A DNA stretch of 63,998 bases, counting the filler, from Ionaspis alba (taxonomy: Eukaryota): the NCBI GenBank assembly GCA_964255285.1. It is 3 parts of 3 records of this genome, joined end to end, with 100 filler letters (N's around TTAATTAATTAA, not from the genome) between each part and the next. Parts side by side here need not be neighbours in the genome. Positions count along the whole stretch, not along the records: positions 1 to 23,699 come from CAXUUL010000182.1; positions 23,800 to 47,382 come from CAXUUL010000183.1; 1 more part is not named here. One strand, given 5' to 3'. The notes under the pieces are model-generated. The model was not told the origin of the DNA. It saw nothing but the letters and a program-made list of their open reading frames with translations, and did no database searches. Positions within the stretch are counted from its first letter, which is position 1, and each line of letters opens with the position of its first letter. Made by a program: the position numbers and the translations under genes. Positions 13,193 to 25,487 of the stretch are shown in pieces.

Positions 13193-16100
13193 ATGCACTT
13201 CATCCGGCCTGTCTGGCTGACTCATGGCGGTGAGAAGAAGGACTTCGAGGTCTACAGTTGTCACGTCTCCCCCGATGGAACCAGACTTGTGACGGCGGCC
13301 GGAGGTGAGTATTCGCAGCGTCTTGGAGTCTAGCGCGTTCCAATACTGACTCGTTGTTGTAGATGGTCATGTCCGAATATGGTCAACCGAATCGATCTAC
13401 CATGCCGCCGATCCAAGCTATGCGCAGCCCAAGCAGCTGGCCTCAATGAGCTACCATTCTGGGACTATACATACCGTCAGATTCTCTTCTAGCGGCAAAT
13501 ATTTGGCATCCGGCGCCGATGACAAGATTGTGTGCGTGTATGCACTCGATCCAAATCCTCCGTCCCATGCTGCTACATTTGGTGGGCGTCCCTGAACGGA
13601 GTGTGTGGGAGCAGCGTGTTGATGGCAATGAGCAGGTACGAACGAGGCACCGCCTGTGGAGAACTGGCGAATTTTTCGAAGGCTCATCGGCCACGACAAT
13701 GATGTACAAGATCTTGGTTGGTCTTACGATTCTTCCATTCTCGTCTCAGTTGGCCTAGACTCCAAAGTGGTCGTTTGGTCCGGCCATACTTTCGAGAAGC
13801 TCAAGACCATTGCCAATCACCAGAGTCATGTGAAGGGCCTTACTTTCGATCCTGCCAATAAATATTTCGCAACCGCAAGTGATGACCGAACAATCAAGAT
13901 TTTCCGTTTCACTCCTCCAGGTCCAAACTCCTCTGCGCATGACCAATTAAATAATTTCGTACTGGAGAAGAGTATTAGTGCACCATTTGCGGCTTCGCCT
14001 CTCACTACATACTTTCGTCGATGTTCTTGGTCACCAGATGGTTTGCATGTCGCAGCAGCGAATGCTGTCAACGGTCCTGTGAGCTCGGTAGCGATCATCA
14101 ATCGTGGGACATGGGACGGCGACATCCATCTCATTGGTCATGAAGGCCCTGTGGAGGTTTGCGCTTTTTCCCCTCGACTGTTTATGAAAGAGCCGATTGA
14201 AAATGCTCCAAGAGGCCCTAGTGGGCATCCGATACCAAATTTAGTTACAGTGATTGCTTGTGCTGGTCAAGACAAAGCTTTGAGTGTGTGGATCACCAGC
14301 AACTCACGCCCGCTTGTAATCACCCAAGATCTTGCAGTCAAGTCAATATCTGATCTCGCGTGGAGTCCTGACGGCAGAAACCTTTTTGCGACAAGTCTCG
14401 ACGGAAGCATCATAGCAGTGAGATTTGCTGAAGGTGAACTTGGACACTCTGCGGGATTCGAAGAGAATGAAAAGGCTCTCGCTAAGTTCGGAGTCGGCAG
14501 ACGAGGCGTAGGAATAATCGAAGGACCAGGCGGCCTGCTCTTGGAGGAAAGGAGCAGGGAAGGTGAACTTCGAGGTGTAGAGGGACGAATGGGGGCTCTC
14601 ATGGGGGATGGTCATCTAGCAAACGGGTCTTATGGGCATCCTCCTCCCATGCGACCTACCGAGTTACTCTCTAATGGTGTTGGATATAACACTGATGGTG
14701 CCAATGGTTCAACGAACGACCAGACCAATGGCAACACGAATGATATCACAACCTTACGCGGGACTCCTACAGCCGAGAACAAAGACGCTCATACAGCGAA
14801 GCTGGAGCGTTTAAAACAGCGAGTCACAATCACCAAAGATGGAAAGAAACGGATTGCCCCATTACTCGTTTCATCTTCAGGCGCCGGCGAGTCCTCACTT
14901 CCACGATCGCAGCTCATGGCTTCATCGTCGAATGGGCAAGCTGGAGCTAGCGATGTGCCCAAAACGGTTCTTGACCTTTCGAAGCCCTTCGATGGCCTAC
15001 CCAAAGGTGGCCTTGCAGCTTTACTACTGGGGAATAAACGAAAGTTCGTGGCAACTGAGGGCGATGATCACGGTCGAATGGAAAAAAAAATCGCCACCGC
15101 CAGTCGAGACGGAGCAGTTCCAATATTATCCAATACGGTTGATGGACTTGCTCCTGCGAACCCAGCGCCGCCAATTCTAGGCCAAATTACGACACCGGAA
15201 TTCATCAGACCTGCTGTGACGAACCCTAATCTACTAGTCAGCCAAACCCGGCTTGCAGTTCCAAAATTGCGTGCAACCATCACGCAATTATTTGGGCAGG
15301 CTCAAAGAGACTCGCAGCCCGTGAACATGTCGAATGGAAATTCAGGGTCAGGAATGGACCGAAGTCTGAGCGCGGGTACGCAAACCGACATCGTGTTCGA
15401 GGCACGAAATCCTACAGGTCCTTCGACTACAGGACGTCTAGAAGACCGAGATCCTGCACGCTTGGCAGTGACCAGGAGAGGTCAGCCAATCTGGCAGGAT
15501 TTTCTTCCCAGGAGCGTGCTCCTCATGACAGGCACCTCCGAGTTCTTGGCTGTGGCTTGTGAAGATGGCAGTATATATGCTTGGACCCCATCAGGCAGGA
15601 GACTAGCCAATGCTATGGTGCTTGAAAGTCAGGCTGTTGTGCTTGAAAGCAAAGGCTCATGGTTGTTGTGCATTACAGCTGTTGGTATGTGCTACGTGTG
15701 GGACATCAAAATGCTCTCAGCACCTCACCCTCCAGTGTCTCTTGCTCCGGTACTTGACATCGCCATACACAGCTTGCAAAGCCACCCAACGAAAGCTCCC
15801 TCGATCACTTCTGCTCGTTTAAACAGCGAGGGTCGAATAATAGTCACGTTAAGTAATGGAGACGGCTATACTTATTCGCCGAGTATGTACGTCTGGCAAC
15901 GACTTTCTGAGGTTTGGTGGGCCGTGGGAAGCCAATACTGGAACACGGCAGACTCGTCAGTTGGGAATCTTAATCCATCCTCAACTCGACCGCAGGACGA
16001 TCAAAGCCAAAGCAACGTATCCGCCGGAGTCATTCCCTATCTGGAAAGAAGCACGACACAAGAAACGGTCCTACGTGGGCGGGCTCACTTCCTTCAGAGA

Positions 16101-16592
16101 CTGATCAAACAGCTACTACCACGTGAAGGCTATGAAGGGTTCGAGTCCTCGGTCTCAATCGCACACCTTGAGAATCGCCTGGCAGCAGCGATGACTCTTG
16201 GGGCGAAGGAAGAGTTCCAGATCTACCTGTACATGTACGCGAGACGTCTTGGCTCTGAAGGTCTCAAGTTGAAAGTAGAGGAGCTATTTCGGCTGCTGCT
16301 CGGCGATATCGGAGATCGTGCAGAAGACACAGAAGCAACGACAGGCACAGAGCGGACTGGCAAAGACAGGACCTGGGAAGGGGACGATTCCACTTTAGTC
16401 GGCTGGCCGAGAAGGGAGTTGTTGAAGGGTGTGGTGCTTATACTGGGTAATAGGCTTCGACTGGAGTTGTTCATCTGTCGCTAATGAAAGGCAGGCAAAC
16501 ACCGTGATCTCCAGCGCACAACGCTTCCGTATGCGAAGATACTGGGAGTGGCGCAAGCAGCTATGGGTCGAGAAGATGCCATGGTCTCATGA
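13193..16592 (+). CDS. HIR1: HIR complex histone chaperone Hir1/HIRA (WD40 + HIRA-B + Hira domain)
   Basis: MHFIRPVWLTHGGEKKDFEVYSCHVSPDG start, WD repeats, B-motif QRVTITKDGKKRIAPL, SIAHLENRLAAA. Three introns; stop TGA 16590-16592. Confidence 0.95.
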
Positions 16593-17164
16593 GATTTAGG
16601 TTATATGGATTACGAATGCTGGCTGGTTTCAACGTCAATACCCTAGCGAGGCGTTACTGGATGAAGATCCACAATCGGGCTGTTGCCCTCTACCGGGCAA
16701 TGGCATCTACAGATTTGCAGGGCATTTCAAGTTGTGTAAGAGTAATGATTAAAAGAAAGATGCCAAACTTGTGAATTCTCATGCGATATTGCCTGAACAG
16801 TGTGCATGACTACCTCGTCAAAACACGCGTTGGTGCTTTTCGATGCGCGTCTGGGAAGGTGCAACCCTGAGGGCTAAGCGAGACTCGCTACGGTGTTTCA
16901 CCACTCAACACACATGCTGGTCGTTCTCAAACAGAAGGGATAACAGGCCAGAGAACCTCATTCTTTGTTTCCCTTTCAGCATGTGGCTGGATTCTGACAG
17001 GAGAAGATTCGTTACCGTCAGCTAAAAGCTGCATTGTGACGATCGGCTCTCAACACGGCGGCCACCCTCTTGTGGTTTTCTGTTCTTGAACGTCAATCCA
17101 ATCAGTCTCGGACGTTGCTCCGATAACTTTGCCGAGGTCACTACGTTGCCGAGCCACAATAGCT

Positions 17165-18927
17165 ATGGATTTGCTCAAGTCCAAGCTCCGGAACATTCTC
17201 AATAGGGGAGAAGAGGATGTCTTTCATGACAAGTCGCCCAAGCTGCTCGCAACTCCGCATCGTTCTAGATCGTCCTTGTCCAAATTTGCGTTGCCTTCTG
17301 CTGATTACTCGTCCTCATCTTCAGCAAGCCCGTCGTCTTCATCTTCGTCGTTCTGGATATCTCCAAAATCGCCTTCGCGATGGTCACCCAGGCGATACAT
17401 ACCAGCGAAGGTTCGAAGCAACGTCACGAAGCGACAGCTACTTGTGATTGTCATACTCGCACTCGCTCTAATCGTATGGGTTGTTCCGCCACCAGCATCC
17501 TGGCGAAAACAGGTGGTCCACATCACATTCCAGCCCGCGTCAAGTCCATACAAGATTCTTCGGCCTCAGTCACCTCTTTCAACCAAGAAACATGCCCCAG
17601 ATCCTCTCAAATGGCTTGAAAAGAATTCTCGCAACAAGTTTGCTGTTTCTACTGGGTCCAAGCTTCTTGGTGCTGTCCCAAGTGTTCGCGTTTCCACTAG
17701 GCCACGAGCTGCTCTCATAAGCCTCGTAAGAAATTCGGAGCTGCCTGGTCTGATGCAAAGTATGCGACAGTTGGAATACCACTGGAACCGCAAGTACCAA
17801 TATCCCTGGGTCTTCTTCAACGATGAGCCTTTCAGTGACGAATTCAAGGTAATTGTCTCAATTCAAAAATAGCCTGTGAGGTCGACTCATATTAGTGTAG
17901 CAAGCCACGCAAAATCTCACATCTGCCAAATGTTACTACGAGGTGGTCCCTCCGGAGCACTGGTCGCTACCTGAATGGATTGACGAGAGCCGATTCATGA
18001 ACAGTCTTGAGTACCTCGGAGCGATCGGTGTTGGGAAGGGATGGATGATCAGCTACCGTCACATGTGTCGATGGAACAGTGGCTTCTTCTACAAGCATCC
18101 ACGTCTCAAAGATTTTGATTGGTATTGGCGAGTGGAGCCTGATGTGAGTGAGACAAGGTTAATCAATTCTCCAATGAGTTGACCTCAATAGGTTCACTTC
18201 TTCTGTGACATCGACTACGACGTCTTTCGCTTCATGCGAGACAACAACATGAAATATGGCTTCAACATGAACATTCTCGACGATGCACGCTCTTTCCCAT
18301 CATTGTGGTCTCGCACACGCTCATTCATCAACGCACACCCTGAGCTCATACACCCTGAAGCTGACCTGGACTGGCTTCTCGATGCGCACAACAGCGGTGA
18401 CTACAACAACTGCCAGTTTTTCTCAAATTTCGAAGTAGGGAACCTCAACTTCTTCCGTGGGCAGGCCAACGAAAAGTACTTCGAGTGGTTGGACCGCGGA
18501 GGTGGATTTTATTATGAGAGATTCGGAGATGCACCCATACACACACTCAGCGTTTCAATGTTTGTTCCGAAGAATGAGATCTGGTTCTTTCGAGATATTG
18601 GGTACCAACACGACATCAATCGGTAAGCCGGATCAACAAGACAGAAAAGGAGAAAGCTGCATGAGTTACATGAGCTGATGCACTCACAGACACTGTCCTC
18701 CTCAATCTTCTAGCCGCTGCTCCTGCGAGCCAACAGTCATAGACGAGAACTTCTACAAGCTAGTCCCGCTGGAGTCACCGCAGAAAAAGCCAGACGATAC
18801 CTGCATTCGACAATTCTTGGGAGGCAATTGGCTCGGTAAAAAGGACGGATGGAATGCTGAGGGCGAGAGGCTCTTTGGCGGGGATGGATACCATGGGTAC
18901 ACCCTGACAGGTCTCGAAGAGCTTTGA
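17165..18927 (+). CDS. GT15 (Kre2/Mnt1 family) alpha-1,2-mannosyltransferase, type II membrane protein
   Basis: TM segment LLVIVILALALIVWVV. Motifs YPWVFFNDEPF, SYRHMCRWNSGFF, YWRVEPD, FSNFE, ERFGDAPIH. Three introns. Confidence 0.92.
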
Positions 18928-19271
18928 GACTCTTCAGGTTGTCCCAGAGTCCTTCATACTGCTTCTTCGCTCCAGTCGATGACACAATCTGATCGCCCGA
19001 TCTTGCTATCATATCAGAGTATTCTGGATGGCCATTGCATCCCTTTAAACAATCGACATACTTTGGTGGAAGGAGCTTAGGATTCTCGGGGCAGTTTTCG
19101 CATTAGACGCGACATATAGAGACTATATGTACTGAATTAGACAAACAAAAATGATCTCCTTGGGAGGAAATCATCCAGCTAAGATAAGAAAGCATAAAGT
19201 TATATACTTCTCCGGTACAAAACGTCGACACTGTGGTACCTCCCACCTCGAGTAAACAATGTTAGGGCTGC

Positions 19272-19278
19272 TGAGTCA
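19272..19278 (+). promoter_or_regulatory. Candidate Gcn4/CpcA (AP-1) site TGAGTCA upstream of OLA1
   Basis: Exact TGA(G/C)TCA about 290 bp before the ATG. A 7-mer can occur by chance. Confidence 0.3.
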
Positions 19279-19567
19279 CTTTATGCCAAGATTTCTGCAC
19301 AACTTGTGAATCAGTTTTCTCAAAGCTCTAGTTAATGATCTGAAGCTCTGTGATCGATTGAGTGAGGGACGGTCAGTCCTCTCCTCATTTTCCTCTACAG
19401 TCACGTCTACCTCCATTCTTTTCCTCTCATTCTCTTCCCCACTACGCCATTTTCAACGATCTGCGGCAAGTACTGCGGTCGGACTCACCTTGATCTCAAA
19501 ATCAATACCGAAATCAGGCAGTTTACTCCCGCCTTTCGTTCGAGCGTTTGCTAGTCGCAAGAAAAAG

Positions 19568-21158
19568 ATGCCTCCCAAGAAGAAGGAAGAGGAGAAGAAG
19601 ATCCTCCTGGGAAGACCAGGTAACAACTTGAAGAGCGGTATCGTATGTAGGACTCCTTCACACCTTTCCCGTAAATGACGAGAGACTGATCTGTAGTCGT
19701 GGTGTAGGTTGGTCTCGCCAACGTGGGGAAGTCGACACTTTTCCAAGCGATCACAAAATGCTCACTCGGTAATCCTGCGGTGTGTCACTACCAATTGCTC
19801 TAACCGCTGAGAGAAAGCTGATAGCTTCCTCTAGAACTTCCCGTATGCTACGATAGATCCGGAGGAAGCTCGTGTAATTGTGCCTGATGCCAGATATGAC
19901 TGGCTCTGCCAACAATACAAGCCGAAGTCTATGGTACCAGCGAATCTTACAGTCTACGACATTGCTGGCTTGACCCGCGGAGCATCAACCGGGGCTGGGT
20001 TGGGCAATGCCTTCTTGTCACACATTCGCGCAGTCGATGCTATCTTCCAAGTTGTTCGGTGCTTTGATGATGCCGAAATCATACATGTCGAAGGAGATGT
20101 CGACCCCATTCGTGACCTCGATATTATCAGTGAGGAGCTTAGGATAAAAGATATTGAATTCGTCGAGAAGGACTTGGAGAATCTCAAGAAGCAAACGCGG
20201 AGAGGAGGGCAGAGCCTCGAGATGAAGAAGTTGAAAGAGGAAGAGGCTACGGTTGAGAAGATCTTGGCATGGCTAAAGGAAGGGAAGGACGTGCGGAAAG
20301 CAAATTGGAGCCCTAAAGAGGTATGTCAAACTTCCCTTAGAACTCCTCCCTGCGTTAAATTCCTGCCACACAACATGATGAACAAGAGCTCTAAAGCTCG
20401 ATATAATCCCAGCTCGTCGAACGGTCTCATATATACAATCTCACGTAGAGGCCGTCCTGAGATAAAGTCCAACTCTGATCCGCTCACTATTTTTGTTCAA
20501 TTCGTATAACCAGAATTCTGTATGCTCGACGCTGACAATTGAGTTTAGGTCGAGGTTATCAATCCCCTATTTCTCCTAACCGCCAAGCCCGTTGTCTACC
20601 TAGTCAATCTCAGCGAAAAGGACTACATCCGACAAAAGAACAAGCACCTCGCCAAGATTGCCGAATGGGTCAAGGAACATGCCGCTGGCGACCCAATCAT
20701 TCCTCTGTCGGTCGCTTTCGAAGAACGTCTGACACGATTCGAAACGGAAGCTGAGGCCGAGGAGGAGTGCAAAAAGCTAGGCACCAAGTCTGCTTTGCCC
20801 AAGGTTATTGTGACCATGAGGCAGATGATGAACTTGGGGAGCTTCTTCACGACGGGGACAGATGAGGTCAGGCAGTGGACAATACGAAAAGGCACAAAGG
20901 CACCTCAAGCGGCAGGCGTTATCCACGGCGGTGAGTGATATAATAGAGGCCCCCCGACTTATGTTTGGCTAACACTCCAACGCGACAGACTTCGAGAAGA
21001 CTTTCATCCAGTGCATTGTCTACAACTACGATGTTTTGAAGGAGCTTGGGGACGAAGCTGCGGTCAAAGCTGCTGGAAAGGTGATGACCAAGGGCAAAGA
21101 TTACGAAGTGGCTGATGGGGATATTATACTGATCAAAGCCGGGGCTGCGAAGTCATAG
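19568..21158 (+). CDS. OLA1: Obg-like ATPase 1 (YchF family)
   Basis: [52 protein letters not shown] and TGS-domain [14 protein letters not shown]. Four introns; stop TAG 21156-21158. Confidence 0.96.
20371..20482 (+). ncRNA. Intronic box C/D snoRNA, snR69-like (predicted guide for LSU Cm2948, yeast numbering)
   Basis: Lies in the 228-nt OLA1 intron 20321-20548. C box ATGATGA 20375, guide TAATCCCAGCTC, D'-like TCGA 20417, internal stem ACGGTCTC/GAGGCCGT, C'-like TGAGA, D box CTGA 20475. Confidence 0.78.
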
Positions 21159-22150
21159 GTATGGCAAGACTAAAGACATCTTCTGGCAATTCAAGTGTGC
21201 TGTGTGATCTCTAATGCTTCAGGAGGGCATGTTCAGCTTGTGGAATACTGGCGCCGCGAGCTCTCGCTTCTGGGACACTAGTCGGGCGACCAGACTAGCC
21301 TTTAGCGCGGAGGCATTCGTGGTTTGCACCTTGATCGACCTTTTCCTGCATATGGTCGCCGTGTTGATGAGTGCACAGCTACCGGCATGCATCGGCAGTG
21401 CCGATTTCCTGGTTTTGTGTAACAGCAGAGTGCACATTCTGTCGTTCCTTTTCTTGATTTCTCTTGTTGCACAAGCTGCGCGAGTCCTCGTTCGGGATGT
21501 CCTCGGCCACTATTGACTGGCGCGATTGGAAACTCAGCAACCCCACACTTCCCAAATGGTCTAACGTGCCGACCCGTTCCGATCGAAAGTGTGCCACCGT
21601 CCATTCTCCTTTCGAGGTTGCCTCACCTACTTTGTTCTTCGTGACCAACATGTGGGGAAGGGGAAGCCCACCAGTCGCGATAGGCTGACATGAAGATCTT
21701 ACACGTCCTTCTTCGGCTGCAAGTAATCGGGGAAAGCCACATCCGTCATTTGAGTTTCCTCTTTCGCTCGCTGGCCTCCCTTTGAGGAACAAGCCTCGGA
21801 GGAACTCCCACTTGCGGCATCGTCTCGTTGGACTGAACCTGAGGAATATCAAAAGTTTATTACTCAAGAGCCAATTACTTTTGAATGGTGCATTATGAGC
21901 ACCACAGAGCAACCACTTACTCACGAGCATTCTGAATCATACTGAGGCTTCTTCCCATGATTCAGCTTGCAAGCTCCTCGTGTTAGCCTCTGTCCGATCT
22001 GGAGATGCCATGGTCCTCCCATGATGGCCAGAGACAGGCCTTATTCCCCGCATATATGGAGCATCAGGCTCCATATAATACCCTTCATCAAACCCAACTT
22101 CTTCTTCTCTACCTCGAACTTTCCTCTGTGCAGTTGATTTGTGTTTCAAA

Positions 22151-23608
22151 ATGTCTAATCTTATTCTCTTCCTTGCCCTCGGGGCACAGTTGACTTCCGC
22201 CTTCCCATGGGTCGCAAGTATGCCAGGTGTGGACTCTTCTATACTGAAAAGCCGCTCTCCAAATTCCAAACGACAGTCAGACCAAGCAACTTGCCCCTTC
22301 AACCCTGTCCACAAAGGTGCTGCTCCCTATAACTCCAAGTACCCATACAGCGGAGCACGCAACGGTCTTCCGGGTAGCCAGGTCGGCGGCATCAAAGTCC
22401 CAGCAGATGGAGACACGGCCCATGCCTTTGAAGCACCCAGCTCTCAGGATATTCGTGGACCATGTCCAGGCTTGAATGCTGCTGCTAACCACCACGTACG
22501 TTACGCAAGTACTGTTCATCTGCCGCAGTGATGCTGAGCTTTGAATAGTTTCTCAGCCACGACGGCATCACAACCTTCTCCGAACTAGTCGACGCTCAGC
22601 AGAATGTCTACAATGTTGGCTACGATCTCGCTGTCACGCTCGCCGCTCTGGGTGTCAGTCTTGACGGTGATATTTTGACGGAGAAGCTGTCCATTGGCTG
22701 CGATGCTACCTCTCGCACCTCACTCACCGGTTCCCTGCTTGGTGACGAACTAGGCCTGAACGGACACAACGTAAGTCACTACCATCCAATTTCCCATACT
22801 CTATCTCCATCTTCCCTACCCGATCCCCCTTTTTCTCAAAACTATCCGGCTCACCCCAGATGACCAGAAATTCGAATCCGACACCTCCCTCACCCGCTCC
22901 GACTACTTTCTCGGCCCCGCCTTCGACGACCACTCCTTCAACGGCACCCTCTTCGCCGCCATGCAATCCACCTGCAAAGGCAACTTCAACCGCGACAACC
23001 TCGCGCTCTACCGCTCGCAACGCTACCACGATTCCCTCACTACAAACGGCAACTTCTACTTCGGTCCCAAAGCCTTGCTCCTCTATGGCGCCGCTACCTT
23101 CCTTTACGAACTCTTCCCTTCTCTCGGTCCGGCGGGCCAGCCCGATTTGCCGACGATTTCTAGTTTTTTTGGTGCCGTCAGTGATGGCAAGGGCGGCTGG
23201 AATCATGTCCCCGAGAGGATTCCGGATAATTGGTATAGTCGCAAGACGCCTTTTACGAACTTGGCGGTTACGACGGAGATTCTGGCGCTCTATACTAAGT
23301 ATCCTGTGCTCTTTGGTGGCAATGCTGGCGTTGGCCATTTCGTGCCGTTGGGCAATTTTGGAACTGCTATTCAGGGGGGTAAGCTCGTGGGGGATCCTGC
23401 TGCGGTGAGTTTTTGTTTCCCTCTTGATTGTCTGATGTGGTGCTTGGCTGATTCTGGACCCTAGGTCCGCTGTTTGCTTTATCAAATTGCGACGGAGAAT
23501 GTGCCGAGTAGTTTGTCTGGGGTGCTTACCTTGCCTCTACAGGTTGTCCAGTGGGTCACTGGGAAGCTGAATCCGGTCTTCCAAGGCACAGGATGTCCGT
23601 TGTTGTGA
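22151..23608 (+). CDS. Secreted heme-thiolate peroxidase / unspecific peroxygenase family protein (long type)
   Basis: Signal peptide, proximal RGPCPGLNAAANH motif, HN|KFESDTSLTRSD, C-terminal Cys pair. Introns 22496-22548, 22771-22868, 23405-23464. Confidence 0.88.
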
Positions 23609-23699
23609 ATGGAGCTCGAGGTGGTTGAAGGTGAATGATCTGTTGCTTTCTTGCTCAAAGCAGACTTTGGCAAATGGACACAGAGTTCGGAGAGTCGTC

Positions 23700-23799
23700 N
23701 NNNNNNNNNNNNNNNNNNNNNNNNNNNNNNNNNNNNNNNNNNNTTAATTAATTAANNNNNNNNNNNNNNNNNNNNNNNNNNNNNNNNNNNNNNNNNNNN
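23700..23799. other. Assembly gap with artificial TTAATTAATTAA linker (23744-23755)
   Basis: 100-nt N block containing a palindromic 12-mer with stops in all six frames. Confidence 0.95.
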
Positions 23800-24056
23800 G
23801 GGGCAAGGGCTGGCTCAGGATCGCGTCATCGCATTGGGAAATACTGGGGTATGGCGACTTGGAAGGTGGAGGGCAGTGGGCGGTGAGCTATTTTGCGAAG
23901 ACGCTATTTACACCGGCGGGGATTGATATCTTGTCGAAGAGAAAGGAGGGAGTAGAGGACGAGGTTGTGGAGGCGGTGAAGAAGGCGTTGGGGGAATTGC
24001 AGCATAAGGATGTCAAGAAGTTGGCAGGGGGCCTCTTTGAGGTCACGAGGAATTGA
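23800..24056 (+). CDS. C-terminal fragment of a fungal lipocalin-like protein (5' part lost in gap)
   Basis: GKGWLRIASSHWEILGYG..WAVSYFAKTLFTPAGIDILS pattern, open from the gap edge to stop 24056. Confidence 0.6.
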
Positions 24057-24342
24057 GCAAGGAGTAGGAAGGTTGTAGTGGACTATGGTGGCGTTTGGAG
24101 CTTTGATTGGATATACCCTTTTTGCGCTCAACACTTATTTTTGCAAACCAGAGGCAACATATATTTCTAACTCGATGATAGAACGTAGGCCGTTAGAGCC
24201 TGTTCTTCCCGTTGAGCCACACGACTGACGATATCATGTAACAAGGGTACCAATGCATCCAGAGACATCGAATACGAGACGGGATGGTGTGGAGTTGATT
24301 TTACAGGCCAATGTGTCTCCTGGGCGACCTTCGCCCGTGTCA

Positions 24343-25487
24343 CTATTCCAGAATCCGCTGCAAAGAACATTGCTTCTGGTCGACCATTGCGGGCGACTCT
24401 TGACCGGTATACCATCCTTCGTCAATGAGCTGCTGTTCCATCTTCCTCCACTCCCCGAACTTACTGGGGGATTTCAGGTCCAAATCCCCTAAGCGAGCCA
24501 TGATCACCGGCGACGATTGTGATTGCGCCCCCTCTGATGGACACAATATCTGCGCATGGGTCAGCACGAGAACACAGAAAGACCCAAGAACTGGAAGACA
24601 ACCTTCAAAAACATGGTACAGTCTCTTAGTGTCATCGCTGCAAGGTAGTCCACATCCTCAGCCGTGGTGCTGAAAACGCCCTTCTTATCTAGTCGAGTCT
24701 GCGCATCTCTCAATCGTATGAGGAGTGGACAATGATATAGAAAGGACAGCAGATGCTGTTGCAGTGACGGACGACCATCGGCATTACAGCCAGCATCTGG
24801 CATGATGTCACGGACCACCAATTCAATGACCTCTTTCATAGGTGACACTAGATTTAGAGGACAAAACGAAAGTTCGCCTGGAGTAACCGATGTAGAGTTC
24901 TTCGAAGACCGTAAAGCTCTCAAGGCACATGTTCTGCATCTCACTGCATTGGCCGGGGCTGAAGGAGACTGTGCGAGCCACTTCGGCTTGAATTCCACAA
25001 GAAATACTTCTTTGCCGTCAGAAGCGGACATGTCTGTCACCAGTAGGCCGTATTCCTCTTTCAGCCCGAGATAAACACCACGTCTCTTCTGAGGTCTTTT
25101 TAGGGTACTCTCCATAGACTTCAGCTCTTCATTACAGGTCTCGACAAGTCCGGGTGGCAGCTCCACCAAGGTCTGTTCCACGAGATCTTCATCCTTGAAA
25201 CAAGGCTTGATGTACTTCTCGAATGTCTCCTGGCCCTGTGCGACTGAAGTCACTGTGGGCAAGTCTTTCCGTAGTCGGAGAAGTTTCCCCTTTAAAAGTG
25301 AGTCCCATGTAGAACCTGAGATCTCAGAAGGCGGCGGTGTACCAGCACCGTAGTCATTGCCATCCGGGTAGGAGTCTGAACTCAGAGCTGGACTGGCTGG
25401 TGGAAGTGTAATACGGTAGACGAGGTTTGCAGCCCCTTCTGCCACAAAGGAAAGCCGGATGTCTGGAGGTAGCTGCAAGCTTTGCAT
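24343..25487 (-). CDS. IPK1: Inositol-pentakisphosphate 2-kinase
   Basis: Motifs AEGAANLVY, VEFKPKW, CRTCA, FCPLNL, AMTLRDCT and, after an intron near 24600-24550, GDLDLK. Confidence 0.9.

Noticed and set aside
21379..21930. 183-aa minus-strand ORF and neighbouring ORFs
   Set aside because: No domain-like pattern; lies in the peroxygenase upstream region.
22724..23485. 253-aa antisense ORF over the peroxygenase gene (similar shadows over NAT1, HIR1 and PIR)
   Set aside because: Explained by codon bias of the real gene on the opposite strand.
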